In this document: in pieces, positions 1 through 9,842 of the stretch
Position numbering within the stretch: the first letter of the stretch is position 1
Layout of the letters: every line of letters starts with the position of its first letter
Virus record (IMG/VR): IMGVR_UViG_3300002835_000041
Span: 32,001-96,000 of that record
DNA: 64,000 bases
Direction: 5' to 3' (one strand)
Source: a virus
Position numbers and translations under genes: made by a program
The notes under the pieces: model-generated
Database searches by the model: none
Seen by the model: the letters and a program-made list of their open reading frames with translations, nothing else
What the model was told of the DNA's origin: nothing

Positions 1-26
1 TTAACTACCAAAAAAAGGCTAAGGAT

Positions 27-584
27 TTGGATGCATTTTATGCTCCTCTAGTTCTTCCTGACATGGCAAGAATGCAAATTGAAGTAATGTACCCAGAACA
101 TATACGCAGAAAACTTGAAAAGTTTGCTTCAGATATGGTTGGAGAAGAAGTCTTTATGTACCACAATAGTTATTTAAGTTATAACAAAGAACACAATTCC
201 GATGCAAATCCAAAGTTGCCAGTTCACTATGATTCAGATAATTACTTTACTAAACTTACAATGGACTACCAACTTGGCGCTAATATTGATTGGCCAATAG
301 TAATTGAGAATGAAAGTTTTAATCTTCAATATGGAGATCTTCTTATTTTCTGGGGTGCAGGACAAGCCCATTGGAGAGAGCCAGTATTATTTAAAGAAGG
401 AGATAACACAGAAGTTTTGACTATGCATTTTTCAACATTTAAAGATTTTCATGAGTTAAACCTTCCTGCTAGGGCACCAGAAGAAAGAAAGAAAAGACTT
501 CAAAAATGGAATCAAGATCCAGTATTTGCAAAATATAAAGAAGATTTTAACAAAAAAGAAGAATCTCTAATAGAATCAAAATAA
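27..584 (+). CDS. 2OG-Fe(II) oxygenase-like protein
   Basis: HYD (HxD) motif, LLIFWG..HWRE distal His; resembles 58390..58980. Confidence 0.65.
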   Translation: MDAFYAPLVLPDMARMQIEVMYPEHIRRKLEKFASDMVGEEVFMYHNSYLSYNKEHNSDANPKLPVHYDSDNYFTKLTMDYQLGANIDWPIVIENESFNLQYGDLLIFWGAGQAHWREPVLFKEGDNTEVLTMHFSTFKDFHELNLPARAPEERKKRLQKWNQDPVFAKYKEDFNKKEESLIESK

Positions 585-615
585 ATAACTAAAGCAACTA
601 CTAGATCGGATAAAA

Positions 616-921
616 ATGCAAAACGAAAACACGACAATTAATATGGTAAATGGTCTTGCAGAAATTGCGGACTATATGCAAGATGAAGAACTTACTACAG
701 CGCTTACTTTTATTGCCAAGATTATTATTAAGCCAGACATTCCCTTGAATGTGGCACATATTGAAATCGTAAGGCTTCAAGCAATCGCAGCAAAGATGGC
801 TTTTAAGGCAACCTGGATGGCAAATGTTGACAAGTCAGATCGAGGAAAGAAGAATCTTTATTATACGGCAGCAGAGTCTTTAAATAGTTTGGTATCTGCA
901 CTAAAATACATAACAAGATAG
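616..921 (+). CDS. hypothetical protein
   Basis: Clean ORF in operon context. Confidence 0.6.
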   Translation: MQNENTTINMVNGLAEIADYMQDEELTTALTFIAKIIIKPDIPLNVAHIEIVRLQAIAAKMAFKATWMANVDKSDRGKKNLYYTAAESLNSLVSALKYITR

Positions 922-956
922 TCTGCTATACTTATAACTAATAGAAACGAGAAACG

Positions 957-1772
957 ATGACGAAGAATTTGTTGCATACAGTAATGATAAAGCCAGAAGA
1001 AAAGCCAATCCACTCAATGGATATAGCAGGACTTGAGGCAAAGATTAAAGAAGGATACACGATTACTCGTGTAGATAAGCATACAACCAAGAAAACTTTT
1101 GCTCCATCTACTATTGCCTATGGGCACGGAGAATGTGCCAGATACTGGTACCTTGCTTTTGATGGTCAAATGTTTGAGGATAATGCAGATGCCTACAGCG
1201 CAGCAAATATGACTGCTGGAACTTTGTCGCATGCAAGAATTCAGAATGCAATGATGAACGCTGGTATAGTTAAGGTTTATCGTGATGACGATAATGAGGC
1301 TACAACAGAATTTAAGATTAGACATGACGATCCACCTATCTTTGGTTATGGAGATGTTATGTTTGATTGGCAAGGCCAAGAACTTATTGGTGAAATTAAA
1401 ACAATGATGAACGAAGGGTTCGAATATAGAAAGGCATCAGGCAAGGCCAAGACTGGTCACTTGATGCAATTACTTATTTATATGAAGATCTTAAAGAAAC
1501 CAACAGGTGTCATGATTTATGAAAATAAAAATAATCATGAACTTCTTTTGATACCTGTAGATGTAAACGATCATTACCGTCGGTGGGTAGACCAGGCATT
1601 TGATTGGATGAGACTAGTTAGAAAGACATGGGAAGACAGAACCCTGCCAAACAAAAACTATAGATCAAATTCCAAGATATGCAAGTCATGCCCAATTAAA
1701 AAAGCATGTGAGTCTGCAGGTCCAGGCGTAATAAAAATAGCGCCCTTGGAGATTCTCGGTGAACAATTGTAA
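957..1772 (+). CDS. Cas4-like PD-(D/E)xK exonuclease
   Basis: N-terminal Cys (GECARY), GYGD..EIKT..Q motif, C-terminal CxxCxxxxxC Fe-S staple. Confidence 0.8.
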   Translation: MTKNLLHTVMIKPEEKPIHSMDIAGLEAKIKEGYTITRVDKHTTKKTFAPSTIAYGHGECARYWYLAFDGQMFEDNADAYSAANMTAGTLSHARIQNAMMNAGIVKVYRDDDNEATTEFKIRHDDPPIFGYGDVMFDWQGQELIGEIKTMMNEGFEYRKASGKAKTGHLMQLLIYMKILKKPTGVMIYENKNNHELLLIPVDVNDHYRRWVDQAFDWMRLVRKTWEDRTLPNKNYRSNSKICKSCPIKKACESAGPGVIKIAPLEILGEQL

Positions 1773-2043
1773 ATGTTGCGATAATAGTTTTATGCCTGCA
1801 GTATCATATCAAATATATTGCTCGCAAAACTGTAGAGATATTGCAACAAAAGAAAAGATTGCAGCAAGATATCTGCAATCAAAAAGGCAAAAAAGAAAAG
1901 GAAAGACAAGGCTTTGCAAGTCTTGCTCTTTACCTCTTTCTATATACAACGACGATCCAATATGTTCTTCTTGTGCAGTAAATCCAGACGCAGTTAGTAA
2001 AGCAATTAAAGAGATAAAGGGTAGGGGTAATGGTAAAAAATAG
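1759..2043 (+). CDS. Cys-rich zinc-finger hypothetical protein
   Basis: CxxC, CSxxC, CxxC, CxxC motifs. Confidence 0.6.
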   Translation: MNNCKCCDNSFMPAVSYQIYCSQNCRDIATKEKIAARYLQSKRQKRKGKTRLCKSCSLPLSIYNDDPICSSCAVNPDAVSKAIKEIKGRGNGKK

Positions 2044-2620
2044 ATGGGGCCTAGAGATAAAACCGCACAAGATTTGCGCCATTGACGCTAGTACAAACAG
2101 TCTTGCCTTTGCATTATTCTCTGGCGATGATCTTGAGTCTGTAGGAAAAATATATTTTGAAGGAAATAATGTATACGAAAAGGTTATGGATGCTGGTAAA
2201 AAAGTAAAAGCATTCTTTGATATTTACGGTGGGTTTGAAGCAATTGTAATTGAGCATACTGTTTTTATGAATAGCCCAAAAACTGCAGCAGATCTTGCTT
2301 TGGTTCAGGGAGCAATACTTGGATCAGCAGGACAGACTGGGACAAAGGTTATAGGAAAAGTTTCTCCTATTACTTGGCAAAATTTTATAGGTAATAAAAA
2401 AATATCTAAGGATGAACAGTTGTTTATTCGTTCACAAATACCTGGAAAGTCTGAGTCCTACTATAAGGCGCATGAGCGTATGCTTAGAAAAGAAAGAACT
2501 ATAAAGTTTATTAATACAATTTATGATAGGACAATTACAGATAACGATGTCGCAGACGCTTGTGGTATCGGTCACTGGGCACTAAAGAATTGGGGAAAAG
2601 CAATTGGAGTTGACAACTAG
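2030..2620 (+). CDS. RuvC-like Holliday junction resolvase
   Basis: CAIDAST, VIEH, DVADACGIG acidic RNase H-fold motifs. Confidence 0.8.
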   Translation: MVKNRWGLEIKPHKICAIDASTNSLAFALFSGDDLESVGKIYFEGNNVYEKVMDAGKKVKAFFDIYGGFEAIVIEHTVFMNSPKTAADLALVQGAILGSAGQTGTKVIGKVSPITWQNFIGNKKISKDEQLFIRSQIPGKSESYYKAHERMLRKERTIKFINTIYDRTITDNDVADACGIGHWALKNWGKAIGVDN

Positions 2621-2624
2621 TATC

Positions 2625-2780
2625 ATGGCTGCTAAACTATATACAAGTGAAACCTTTATGCGTAAGAGATACCTTATGGATAAAAAAACACCAGAAGATA
2701 TTGCAAAGGAATGTGGATGCTCACTAGAGACGATCTATGTTTACCTTGCTAAGTTTGGATTAAGGAAATCAAAACGATGA
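2625..2780 (+). CDS. small helix-turn-helix protein
   Basis: Read manually: MAAKLYTSETFMRKRYLMDKKTPEDIAKECGCSLETIYVYLAKFGLRKSKR; ATGA overlap with next ORF. Confidence 0.6.
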   Translation: MAAKLYTSETFMRKRYLMDKKTPEDIAKECGCSLETIYVYLAKFGLRKSKR

Positions 2781-2911
2781 ATAAAGTTGAAAAAGCATTG
2801 GTAGCACTTGCTGTTGCAGGTAGCGTTGGTTTTGCTTTTGCGTTTGCTGTGCTAAAGGGTATTCCAGAAACATTTGATTGGGAGTCTGACGAGGAGGAAT
2901 CTTATGAGTGA
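2777..2911 (+). CDS. small membrane protein
   Basis: MNKVEKALVALAVAGSVGFAFAFAVLKG..., one hydrophobic helix. Confidence 0.55.
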   Translation: MNKVEKALVALAVAGSVGFAFAFAVLKGIPETFDWESDEEESYE

Positions 2912-3146
2912 TAATCTAAACATAACCGTTGACCAAGTAAACAATCCATTACACTACACATCAGATCCATCTGGCATTGAGTGTATTCAGATAACTCGTC
3001 ATCGTAACTTTAATATTGGAAATGCATTCAAGTATCTTTGGAGAGCAGGACTTAAGGATGAAGCAAAGACTATACAGGATTTAGAGAAGGCAATTTTCTA
3101 TATTAAAGATGAGATAAACAGATTAGAAGGCAAGCATGTCAACTGA
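2904..3146 (+). CDS. DUF3310 (SaV-like) protein
   Basis: DQVNNPLHY..IECI..FNIGNAFKYLWRAGLK..DLEKAIFY; start moved to ATG after GAGGAGG. Confidence 0.8.
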   Translation: MSDNLNITVDQVNNPLHYTSDPSGIECIQITRHRNFNIGNAFKYLWRAGLKDEAKTIQDLEKAIFYIKDEINRLEGKHVN

Positions 3147-3672
3147 AGATGATCTGGTTAAACATTTAGACCAAGTAAATCAAGTTGTAGAAGAATACCT
3201 AAAGGGTAATGACCCCACAGTAATTTCAAAACAACTTTCCATCCCAAGGCAAAGAGTTGTAACCCTTATCAATGAGTGGAAAGTTATGGCATCTGCTAAT
3301 GATGCTATCCGTGCTCGTGCTAAAGAAGCACTTGCAGCAGCAGATACACACTACAGCAAGTTGGTATCTCGCACATACGAAGTTATTGATGAAGCATCTA
3401 TGACTAATAACCTTAGTGCAAAGACTGCTGCCATCAAACTTGTTATGGACATTGAATCAAAGCGTATTGATATGCTTCAAAAGGCTGGTCTTCTTGAAAA
3501 TAAAGAACTTGCTGAAGAGATGATGGAAATTGAAAAGCGTCAAGACATACTTGTTCTTATCTTAAAAGACATTGCATCTGAATATCCCCAGGTTCGTGAT
3601 GAGATTATGCGTAGACTTTCTTCATTTGCAAAAGACAATGAGGTGATTACAGTTGTCCACGACATTCAATGA
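3136..3672 (+). CDS. helical protein upstream of terminase (possible small subunit)
   Basis: N-terminal HTH-like segment, overlaps terL start; function inferred from position. Confidence 0.45.
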   Translation: MSTEDDLVKHLDQVNQVVEEYLKGNDPTVISKQLSIPRQRVVTLINEWKVMASANDAIRARAKEALAAADTHYSKLVSRTYEVIDEASMTNNLSAKTAAIKLVMDIESKRIDMLQKAGLLENKELAEEMMEIEKRQDILVLILKDIASEYPQVRDEIMRRLSSFAKDNEVITVVHDIQ

Positions 3673-5449
3673 TTTTTTTGAAGTTCTTAAGGATAACAGT
3701 TTTCAAGAAAATCCAGTCGATGCAAAGACATTTGTTGAAGGAGAAGCATACCTAGGTCAGCCTGGGCTATCTGATATTCAATATGACATTGTAGAAGCAA
3801 TGAGTCAGATATATCGTAAAGAAGATCTTGTAGACCTTATGGGAGAAGAAGAAGGCACAAGATACTTTGAAAAATATACTAAGAACGAAATCATCCTGCA
3901 ACTTGGCAAGGGATCTGGAAAAGACTTCGTATCTACAGTAGCATGTGCATATATCGTATATAAACTTTTATGCTTAAAAGACCCAGCCAAGTATTTTGGT
4001 AAGCCATCTGGAGATGCCATTGACCTAATTAATGTGGCTATCAACGCACAGCAGGCTAAGAATGTTTTCTTTAAAGGTTTTAAATCAAAGATTGAAAGAT
4101 CACCGTGGTTTGCTGGAAAGTATTATGCAAAAGCAGACTCAGTTGAGTTTGACAAGTCTATAACAGTCTACTCTGGCCACTCAGAAAGAGAATCACATGA
4201 GGGATTAAACCTTCTTCTTGCAGTGCTTGATGAGATCTCTGGATTTGCATCTGAAGTTGGAACTGGTAATGAACAAGGAAAGACTGCTGAGAATATCTAT
4301 AAGGCTTTCCGTGGATCAGTAGACTCTCGTTTCCCAGACCTTGGAAAAGTTGTTTTACTTTCATTCCCAAGATACCCAGGAGACTACATCTCAGAAAAGT
4401 ATGATGCGGTTGTGGCAGAAAAAGAAGTAGTTGAAAGAACCCACGAGTTTATTATTAATCCATTGCTACCAGATACAGACCCAAACAATAAGTTTGAAAT
4501 TTCGTGGGATGAAGATCATATTATTTCATACAAATATCCAGGAGTATTTGCATTAAAAAGACCCACATGGGAAGTAAATCCAACAAGACAGATTGATGAC
4601 TTTAAGATTGCTTTTATGACTGACCTTGGAGATGCAATGATGCGCTTTACATGCGTACCAACATTTGCTTCTGATGCATTCTTTAAGCAGCACGAAAAGG
4701 TCAGAGCCTGTATGACACTTAGAAACCCTGTAGATAACTTTAGAAGGTTTGACGAATCATTTAAACCAGATCCAACCAAGAAGTATTATGTACACGCTGA
4801 CCTTGCCCAGAAGCACGATAAGTGTGCAGTTGCTATTGCACATGTAGAAAAATGGGTAAGCATCCAGGTAATTAATAATTACGAACAAGTAGCACCAATT
4901 GTAGTAGTAGATGCAGTAGCATGGTGGGAACCAAAGATCGAAGGTCCTGTAAATCTATCTGAAGTTAAGCAGTGGATCCAAAACCTCAGAAGACTTGGTT
5001 TTGATATTGGTATGGTTTCCTTTGATCGTTGGCAGTCATTTGATATTCAAAATGAACTAAAGCAGGTTGGAATGAATACTGATACTGTTTCTGTTGCTAA
5101 AAAGCACTATGAAGATATGGCAATGCTTGTGTATGAGGAAAGACTTGCTATGCCAGCAATTGATTTATTGTTTGATGAACTAACACAGTTAAAGATTATG
5201 AAAAATGATAGAGTTGACCACCCACGCAAAAAGTCAAAAGACTTGGCTGATGCCGTATGTGGTGCAATTTTTGGAGCAATATCACATACTCCAAAAAATA
5301 TGGACACTGAAGTAGAGGTTCACACCTTTAGAGACAGACCAAAGACTCCAGAAGAGCAATTTGACCTGGAAAGTCGCAATGTGATACAATATAAACCTAG
5401 CCAAATAGAAGAGATAAAAGACTATTTGGACAGACTAAAAACACTATAA
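3653..5449 (+). CDS. terL: terminase large subunit
   Basis: LGKGSGKD Walker A, VLDEISG Walker B, HADLA and KDLADA nuclease motifs. Confidence 0.9.
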   Translation: MSTTFNDFFEVLKDNSFQENPVDAKTFVEGEAYLGQPGLSDIQYDIVEAMSQIYRKEDLVDLMGEEEGTRYFEKYTKNEIILQLGKGSGKDFVSTVACAYIVYKLLCLKDPAKYFGKPSGDAIDLINVAINAQQAKNVFFKGFKSKIERSPWFAGKYYAKADSVEFDKSITVYSGHSERESHEGLNLLLAVLDEISGFASEVGTGNEQGKTAENIYKAFRGSVDSRFPDLGKVVLLSFPRYPGDYISEKYDAVVAEKEVVERTHEFIINPLLPDTDPNNKFEISWDEDHIISYKYPGVFALKRPTWEVNPTRQIDDFKIAFMTDLGDAMMRFTCVPTFASDAFFKQHEKVRACMTLRNPVDNFRRFDESFKPDPTKKYYVHADLAQKHDKCAVAIAHVEKWVSIQVINNYEQVAPIVVVDAVAWWEPKIEGPVNLSEVKQWIQNLRRLGFDIGMVSFDRWQSFDIQNELKQVGMNTDTVSVAKKHYEDMAMLVYEERLAMPAIDLLFDELTQLKIMKNDRVDHPRKKSKDLADAVCGAIFGAISHTPKNMDTEVEVHTFRDRPKTPEEQFDLESRNVIQYKPSQIEEIKDYLDRLKTL

Positions 5450-5469
5450 AAAGAAAAGGAATAAATTAA

Positions 5470-6609
5470 ATGAACTCATTTAAGAAAATCGCACTAGCCA
5501 TGGTTGCAGCCATGACTTTGGGCACAATGGTAGCAACACCTGCAAGTGCTGCTGTAATGACAGTCGCTGTAGATCTTGCTGGAACGGCTAACACAACCGC
5601 TTCATCAATCTCAACGCCTGCTTCATTGCCAGTCCCTGCAGACAACTCAGTTGACGCTGCTGACGCACTTAAGTTCGTCGCAACAGTTGACACAGGAACA
5701 ACTGTTTCTGTAGTAGCAACAAACGCAACAATCGTGTCTGCACTACACACATCTGCTGCACCAGTAGGAGCATCTTCAGGTTCTTCAACCTTGACAATTG
5801 CAACTGGTACAGGAACAACTGCAACATTCTGGGTCTATACAAAGACTACAGCGATTGGTACAGTAACTGTTACTAATCAAGGAACAACTTTCACATACTA
5901 TGTTCAGGGTACTGCTGGTAAGATTAATAACCTTACACTTTCAGCACCTGCAACTGGTGCTGCTGGAACAAAGCAGGACATTACAGTAACTGCAACAGAT
6001 GCATTTGGTAACAAGGTATCTGGCAAGTCAATTACTGCAACAGTATTTGCTGCAACAGCAGTACTAGATACAGCAACAGCAACCACTGGCGCTACACTAT
6101 CAGATTTTGGAGTTGCTACATTTAAGGCAACACTTCCAACAACTGGTACACGCTCACTTATTACATTTGCTCCAACAACATCTTCAGATGCTGTGGCTGC
6201 TGCTGTAACAGGTTTGACTGCTCCAACACTTGCACCATTCGCAGAGATTACGGTTCGTGATCTAGCATCAGAACTTTCTGCACAGGTTGCAGCAAAGGAT
6301 GCAGCACTTGCTGCAAAGGCTGCTTCAGATGCTGCACTAGTCAGAGCAACTGCAGAACATGTCGCTCTAATTGCTGCTGAAAAGGCTGCTTCTGCTAAGG
6401 CACTTGCCGATGCAAAGGTTGCTTCAGATAAGGCTCTTGCTGATGCAAAGGCTGCTTCTGACAAGGTTATCCTTGATAAGGATGCACAGATTGCTAAGTT
6501 AAATGCAGACAATGCTGCAGCACTTAAGGCACTTAAGGCATCATTTAATTCACTTGCTAAGAAGTGGAATGCAAAAAATCCAAAGGCTAAGGTTACTTTA
6601 GTCAAGTAG
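5470..6609 (+). CDS. secreted Ala/Thr-rich surface protein with Ig-like domains and AK-rich coiled-coil tail
   Basis: Signal peptide MNSFKKIALAMVAAMTLGTMVATPASA; beta-rich T/A/V segments; KALADAK repeats. Confidence 0.7.
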   Translation: MNSFKKIALAMVAAMTLGTMVATPASAAVMTVAVDLAGTANTTASSISTPASLPVPADNSVDAADALKFVATVDTGTTVSVVATNATIVSALHTSAAPVGASSGSSTLTIATGTGTTATFWVYTKTTAIGTVTVTNQGTTFTYYVQGTAGKINNLTLSAPATGAAGTKQDITVTATDAFGNKVSGKSITATVFAATAVLDTATATTGATLSDFGVATFKATLPTTGTRSLITFAPTTSSDAVAAAVTGLTAPTLAPFAEITVRDLASELSAQVAAKDAALAAKAASDAALVRATAEHVALIAAEKAASAKALADAKVASDKALADAKAASDKVILDKDAQIAKLNADNAAALKALKASFNSLAKKWNAKNPKAKVTLVK

Positions 6610-6616
6610 TTTGAGT

Positions 6617-6640
6617 CCTGGTGGGCGAAAGCCCACCAGG
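6617..6640 (+). terminator. GC-rich hairpin (terminator or processing stem)
   Basis: CCTGGTGGGC-GAAA-GCCCACCAGG perfect 10-bp stem right after the 5470 gene; short U tract. Confidence 0.6.
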
Positions 6641-6647
6641 GTTTACT

Positions 6648-7409
6648 ATGAAATCAATTTATTTTAATCATATACCAAGAACTGGTGGCACTACCATTGC
6701 TAGAATGTTACAAAATTCTGGGCTAAATAAGTGTGATTTAAATATTCTTAGTCCGCAAGAATCTATTGCTAAAAACAAAGAATTTAACAAGACCACTATC
6801 TCTCAAAGTGAATTAATTATGGGTCACTATGGAGTTGCTCCTTCAATACTTAATTCAGATATTGACACAATCACTATATTAAGAAATCCAGTAAATCAGG
6901 TAGTTAGTATGTTTTCCAAATTAAATTATGAAAGCAAAGAGTCAAAAAGCAAAGCACTGGTTCTTGATATATTTAGATCAAGCAAATTTAAAAATGATCT
7001 GCCGAGCCTTTTTATAGAATGGCTTTATGATGAAAGGTCAGTAGATTACACCAATAATGGACAAATACATAACCTAATAAATACAAGGTATCCATATCTG
7101 TATGATCCCAAAACAGGAGAGGATGCAGATAAAGAAACACAAATCCCCGTAACGATTAAGAATGCTAAAGAAAAAATAGACTCTCTTTTGTTTTTAGGAA
7201 CTACAGAAAATATTTATAGTAGTTATATTCAAATATTGGATATTGTAAATACCAGGTTTAATGTTAGCCTAAAACAACTTAGTAGGCCAGGAATCTATAA
7301 CAGCCTAAAGGAAACAGATCAAGTACTAAAAACATTAAAAAACTCAGAGATAGAATATATCCTAGAAAAAAGCAGTATAGACAATTACTATTGGGAGCAG
7401 GCTCTTTAA
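6648..7409 (+). CDS. sulfotransferase family protein
   Basis: HIPRTGGTT 5'-PSB loop and ILRNPVNQVVS 3'-PB motif; start moved to ATG past the hairpin. Confidence 0.75.
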   Translation: MKSIYFNHIPRTGGTTIARMLQNSGLNKCDLNILSPQESIAKNKEFNKTTISQSELIMGHYGVAPSILNSDIDTITILRNPVNQVVSMFSKLNYESKESKSKALVLDIFRSSKFKNDLPSLFIEWLYDERSVDYTNNGQIHNLINTRYPYLYDPKTGEDADKETQIPVTIKNAKEKIDSLLFLGTTENIYSSYIQILDIVNTRFNVSLKQLSRPGIYNSLKETDQVLKTLKNSEIEYILEKSSIDNYYWEQAL

Positions 7410-7490
7410 ATAAATACTGGCACTATTTTTTTGTGCAATAAAATGGTATAATCATCCTATCAGACATGTCGTCTGTAAGGGGGAAAGGGA

Positions 7491-9632
7491 ATTAAACGAC
7501 TACTAAGAATAGTAACAGCCACAGTTTTAGCCTTTGGCTGGCTACTTATAGCCCCCCAGGAAGCCCACTCTGATGATCCACTCACAGTAGCATACCAAGA
7601 AATACAGGAACTTAACGATAGCGTAGATGACCTTGGCTATCAAGATGATTTTATAGATCTTATAGAGATAGCAGAAAATAAGTTTGCCTCAGCCACAAAT
7701 GCGAAGGAACTTAAAGATGATGCCCATGATGCCCACGAAGATGCAGTAGAAGCAGAAGCCACAGCCTTAGAAGCAAAGAACCTTGCCCAGTCAAATGTGG
7801 ATGGGCAAACAGCCACGGTAGCCTTGGCCCTTGAACATAAAGACAACGCCCTTGAAGAAAAGAATGATGCTCAAGATGCACTCAGCATAGCCAATATTAA
7901 TGTTCAAACTACTCAATCAAGTATGCAGGCTGCTGGAGAAACAGGTTTGGCATACACTGTTTATACTCTTGTTAGACAGGGTAATGTTGCTACCCCAGGA
8001 TCTGTGCTTTGTTCTGGTACCTGGAACTCAAGTAGCATGCAACTTCCAGTTTGCGGTAATAGATACGAAAACTTTATAGTTAAGTTCACTGGTCAAATAA
8101 CAGTACCGTCTTGGTTCACATCAACATATTTTGCAGGATATACAGATGATGGATTTAGAATGTATGTAGACGGAAATCTTGCAATAGATCAATGGATAGA
8201 GCAAGGAACTACCTGGAGCGATTATTCACCAGTATATGATGTTAGCGAAGACAAAACATTGAGTGTAGAGATTTGGTGGTACAACGGTGGTGGGCCAGGA
8301 TCTTATCATCTTGGATGGGCAATTCCTGGAGGATGGACTGGAGCAGGTTGTGACTATGCGGGAAATCCAAGAGTATGGGGACAAAACTTTAGTTGTAATC
8401 TTAATACATTTTCTTCTGGCTCAGGACCAACACAGGAACAGATCAATGCTTACAATGATGCTGTTGCAGCACAGGCTATAGCACAAACAAACTATAACAA
8501 TAAATTGGCAGTATACAATGACAAACTAAGCGTATACAACTCTGAGAATACAACACTGTCATCAATGAATCAGGTTTTGCAAACCAAAACACAGGAACAT
8601 CTTGATGCCATTGCAGATACAGAAGATGCTTTAGAATTGAAAAATAGCAAAATACAAATATATAATCAATCAATAACTGATTTAAATAATGCTATTGATA
8701 ACGCATGGCGTTACTATGATGAGCAACTACAAAGAGAAATTCAGTCTGCCATTGCTCAAGCAGCAGCCAATGCTGCAGCCAATCAGCCTACCCCAGAACC
8801 CACCCCAGAACCTTCTCCAGAACCAACTGAAGAGCCAACTGAAGAACCCACACCAGAGCCATCCCCAGACCCAACAGATGAGCCAACTGAAGAACCTACA
8901 CCAGAGCCATCTCCAGAGCCTACAGTAGACCCTACAGATGAGCCTACACCTGAACCTACCCCAGAGGTTACCCCAGATCCAGAACCAACTGAAGAGCCAG
9001 TTGTAGAACCTACTGTAGAACCTACACCAGAACCTTCACCAGAACCTGGACCAGGTCCAGAGCCAGAAGATAATCCTTGGACTGAACCAGATGTAGAAAT
9101 TACTGATAAGGTATTAGCATCACTCGTTCCTGAAAAAGGAACGGGAACAGAAGAAGATCTATCTAATGTTATTGCCAACCTTACAAGTAAGGATAATAAG
9201 TTAGTCACTCTTTCCCCTGAACAAATCACAGCAGTTAGCCAGACACTGAGAGCCTTGACTCAAGAAGCAAAGGCTGAGGTTGCAGAAGACCTTGGTATTA
9301 AGCCTTCAGAAGTTGCACAGGTTGCTGAGCAGATGAAATCTAACCCAGCACTTGCAGAAGCGTTTGTTGAGTTCGCAGATAGAGCAGGGAACGCAGGAGA
9401 AACCCCAATGCCCTTTACATTAGCAGATGCAGTAACAGAAGTACAAACAGAAGCATTCTTGGCAGACCCACTTGGAGCAGTATTTGAAGTGGATGTTACA
9501 GAACTCCTATCTAATTTCTCTGAGTTGGGTATGGATATGACAGACGATCAGAGAGAAAAGGCCCAAGAAGTCATTATCCCAGTAATCATTGTTTCACAGA
9601 TTGCAAATGTAATGATTGGGATGAGGAGGTAA
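7491..9632 (+). CDS. secreted/membrane-anchored PA14-domain protein with coiled coils and PTPEP linker (probable ATT start)
   Basis: Frame open from TAA 7476-7478; ATT after GGGGAAAGGGA gives signal peptide (M)KRLLRIVTATVLAFGWLLIAPQEAHS; FAGYTDDGFRMYVDG PA14 motif; C-terminal hydrophobic helix. Confidence 0.75.
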   Translation: MKRLLRIVTATVLAFGWLLIAPQEAHSDDPLTVAYQEIQELNDSVDDLGYQDDFIDLIEIAENKFASATNAKELKDDAHDAHEDAVEAEATALEAKNLAQSNVDGQTATVALALEHKDNALEEKNDAQDALSIANINVQTTQSSMQAAGETGLAYTVYTLVRQGNVATPGSVLCSGTWNSSSMQLPVCGNRYENFIVKFTGQITVPSWFTSTYFAGYTDDGFRMYVDGNLAIDQWIEQGTTWSDYSPVYDVSEDKTLSVEIWWYNGGGPGSYHLGWAIPGGWTGAGCDYAGNPRVWGQNFSCNLNTFSSGSGPTQEQINAYNDAVAAQAIAQTNYNNKLAVYNDKLSVYNSENTTLSSMNQVLQTKTQEHLDAIADTEDALELKNSKIQIYNQSITDLNNAIDNAWRYYDEQLQREIQSAIAQAAANAAANQPTPEPTPEPSPEPTEEPTEEPTPEPSPDPTDEPTEEPTPEPSPEPTVDPTDEPTPEPTPEVTPDPEPTEEPVVEPTVEPTPEPSPEPGPGPEPEDNPWTEPDVEITDKVLASLVPEKGTGTEEDLSNVIANLTSKDNKLVTLSPEQITAVSQTLRALTQEAKAEVAEDLGIKPSEVAQVAEQMKSNPALAEAFVEFADRAGNAGETPMPFTLADAVTEVQTEAFLADPLGAVFEVDVTELLSNFSELGMDMTDDQREKAQEVIIPVIIVSQIANVMIGMRR

Positions 9633-9633
9633 T

Positions 9634-9840
9634 ATGAAAATAATAACAAAGGTTGTGAAGGGATTCTTCACATGGCTAAAAGATGCAGGGGTGGAGATAA
9701 TCGCACAAGCCTTTACCCTCCTTGGCTTCTTCATAGCGTGGCTAACTTTGACGGGATCAGCAAGAGACATTGTTGGTATTGCAGTACTTGCAACCACAAT
9801 CATCTGGCTAATCACAATCCCGCTAAGAAAGGAGGACTAA
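9634..9840 (+). CDS. small two-helix membrane protein
   Basis: Two hydrophobic segments; SD GAGGAGG. Confidence 0.6.
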   Translation: MKIITKVVKGFFTWLKDAGVEIIAQAFTLLGFFIAWLTLTGSARDIVGIAVLATTIIWLITIPLRKED

Positions 9841-9842
9841 AT

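Noticed and set aside
957-1772. Cas4-like gene as evidence of a CRISPR system
   Set aside because: No repeat-spacer array or other cas genes seen; solo Cas4-like nucleases are common in phages.
5466-6605. Long minus-strand ORFs (5466..5750, 5904..6605)
   Set aside because: Antisense shadows of the Ala-rich 5470 gene, whose GCN codons lack reverse stops; no SD or domain signal.
8783-9229. Minus-strand GSGVGS-repeat ORF
   Set aside because: Mirror of the PTPEP-coding repeat.
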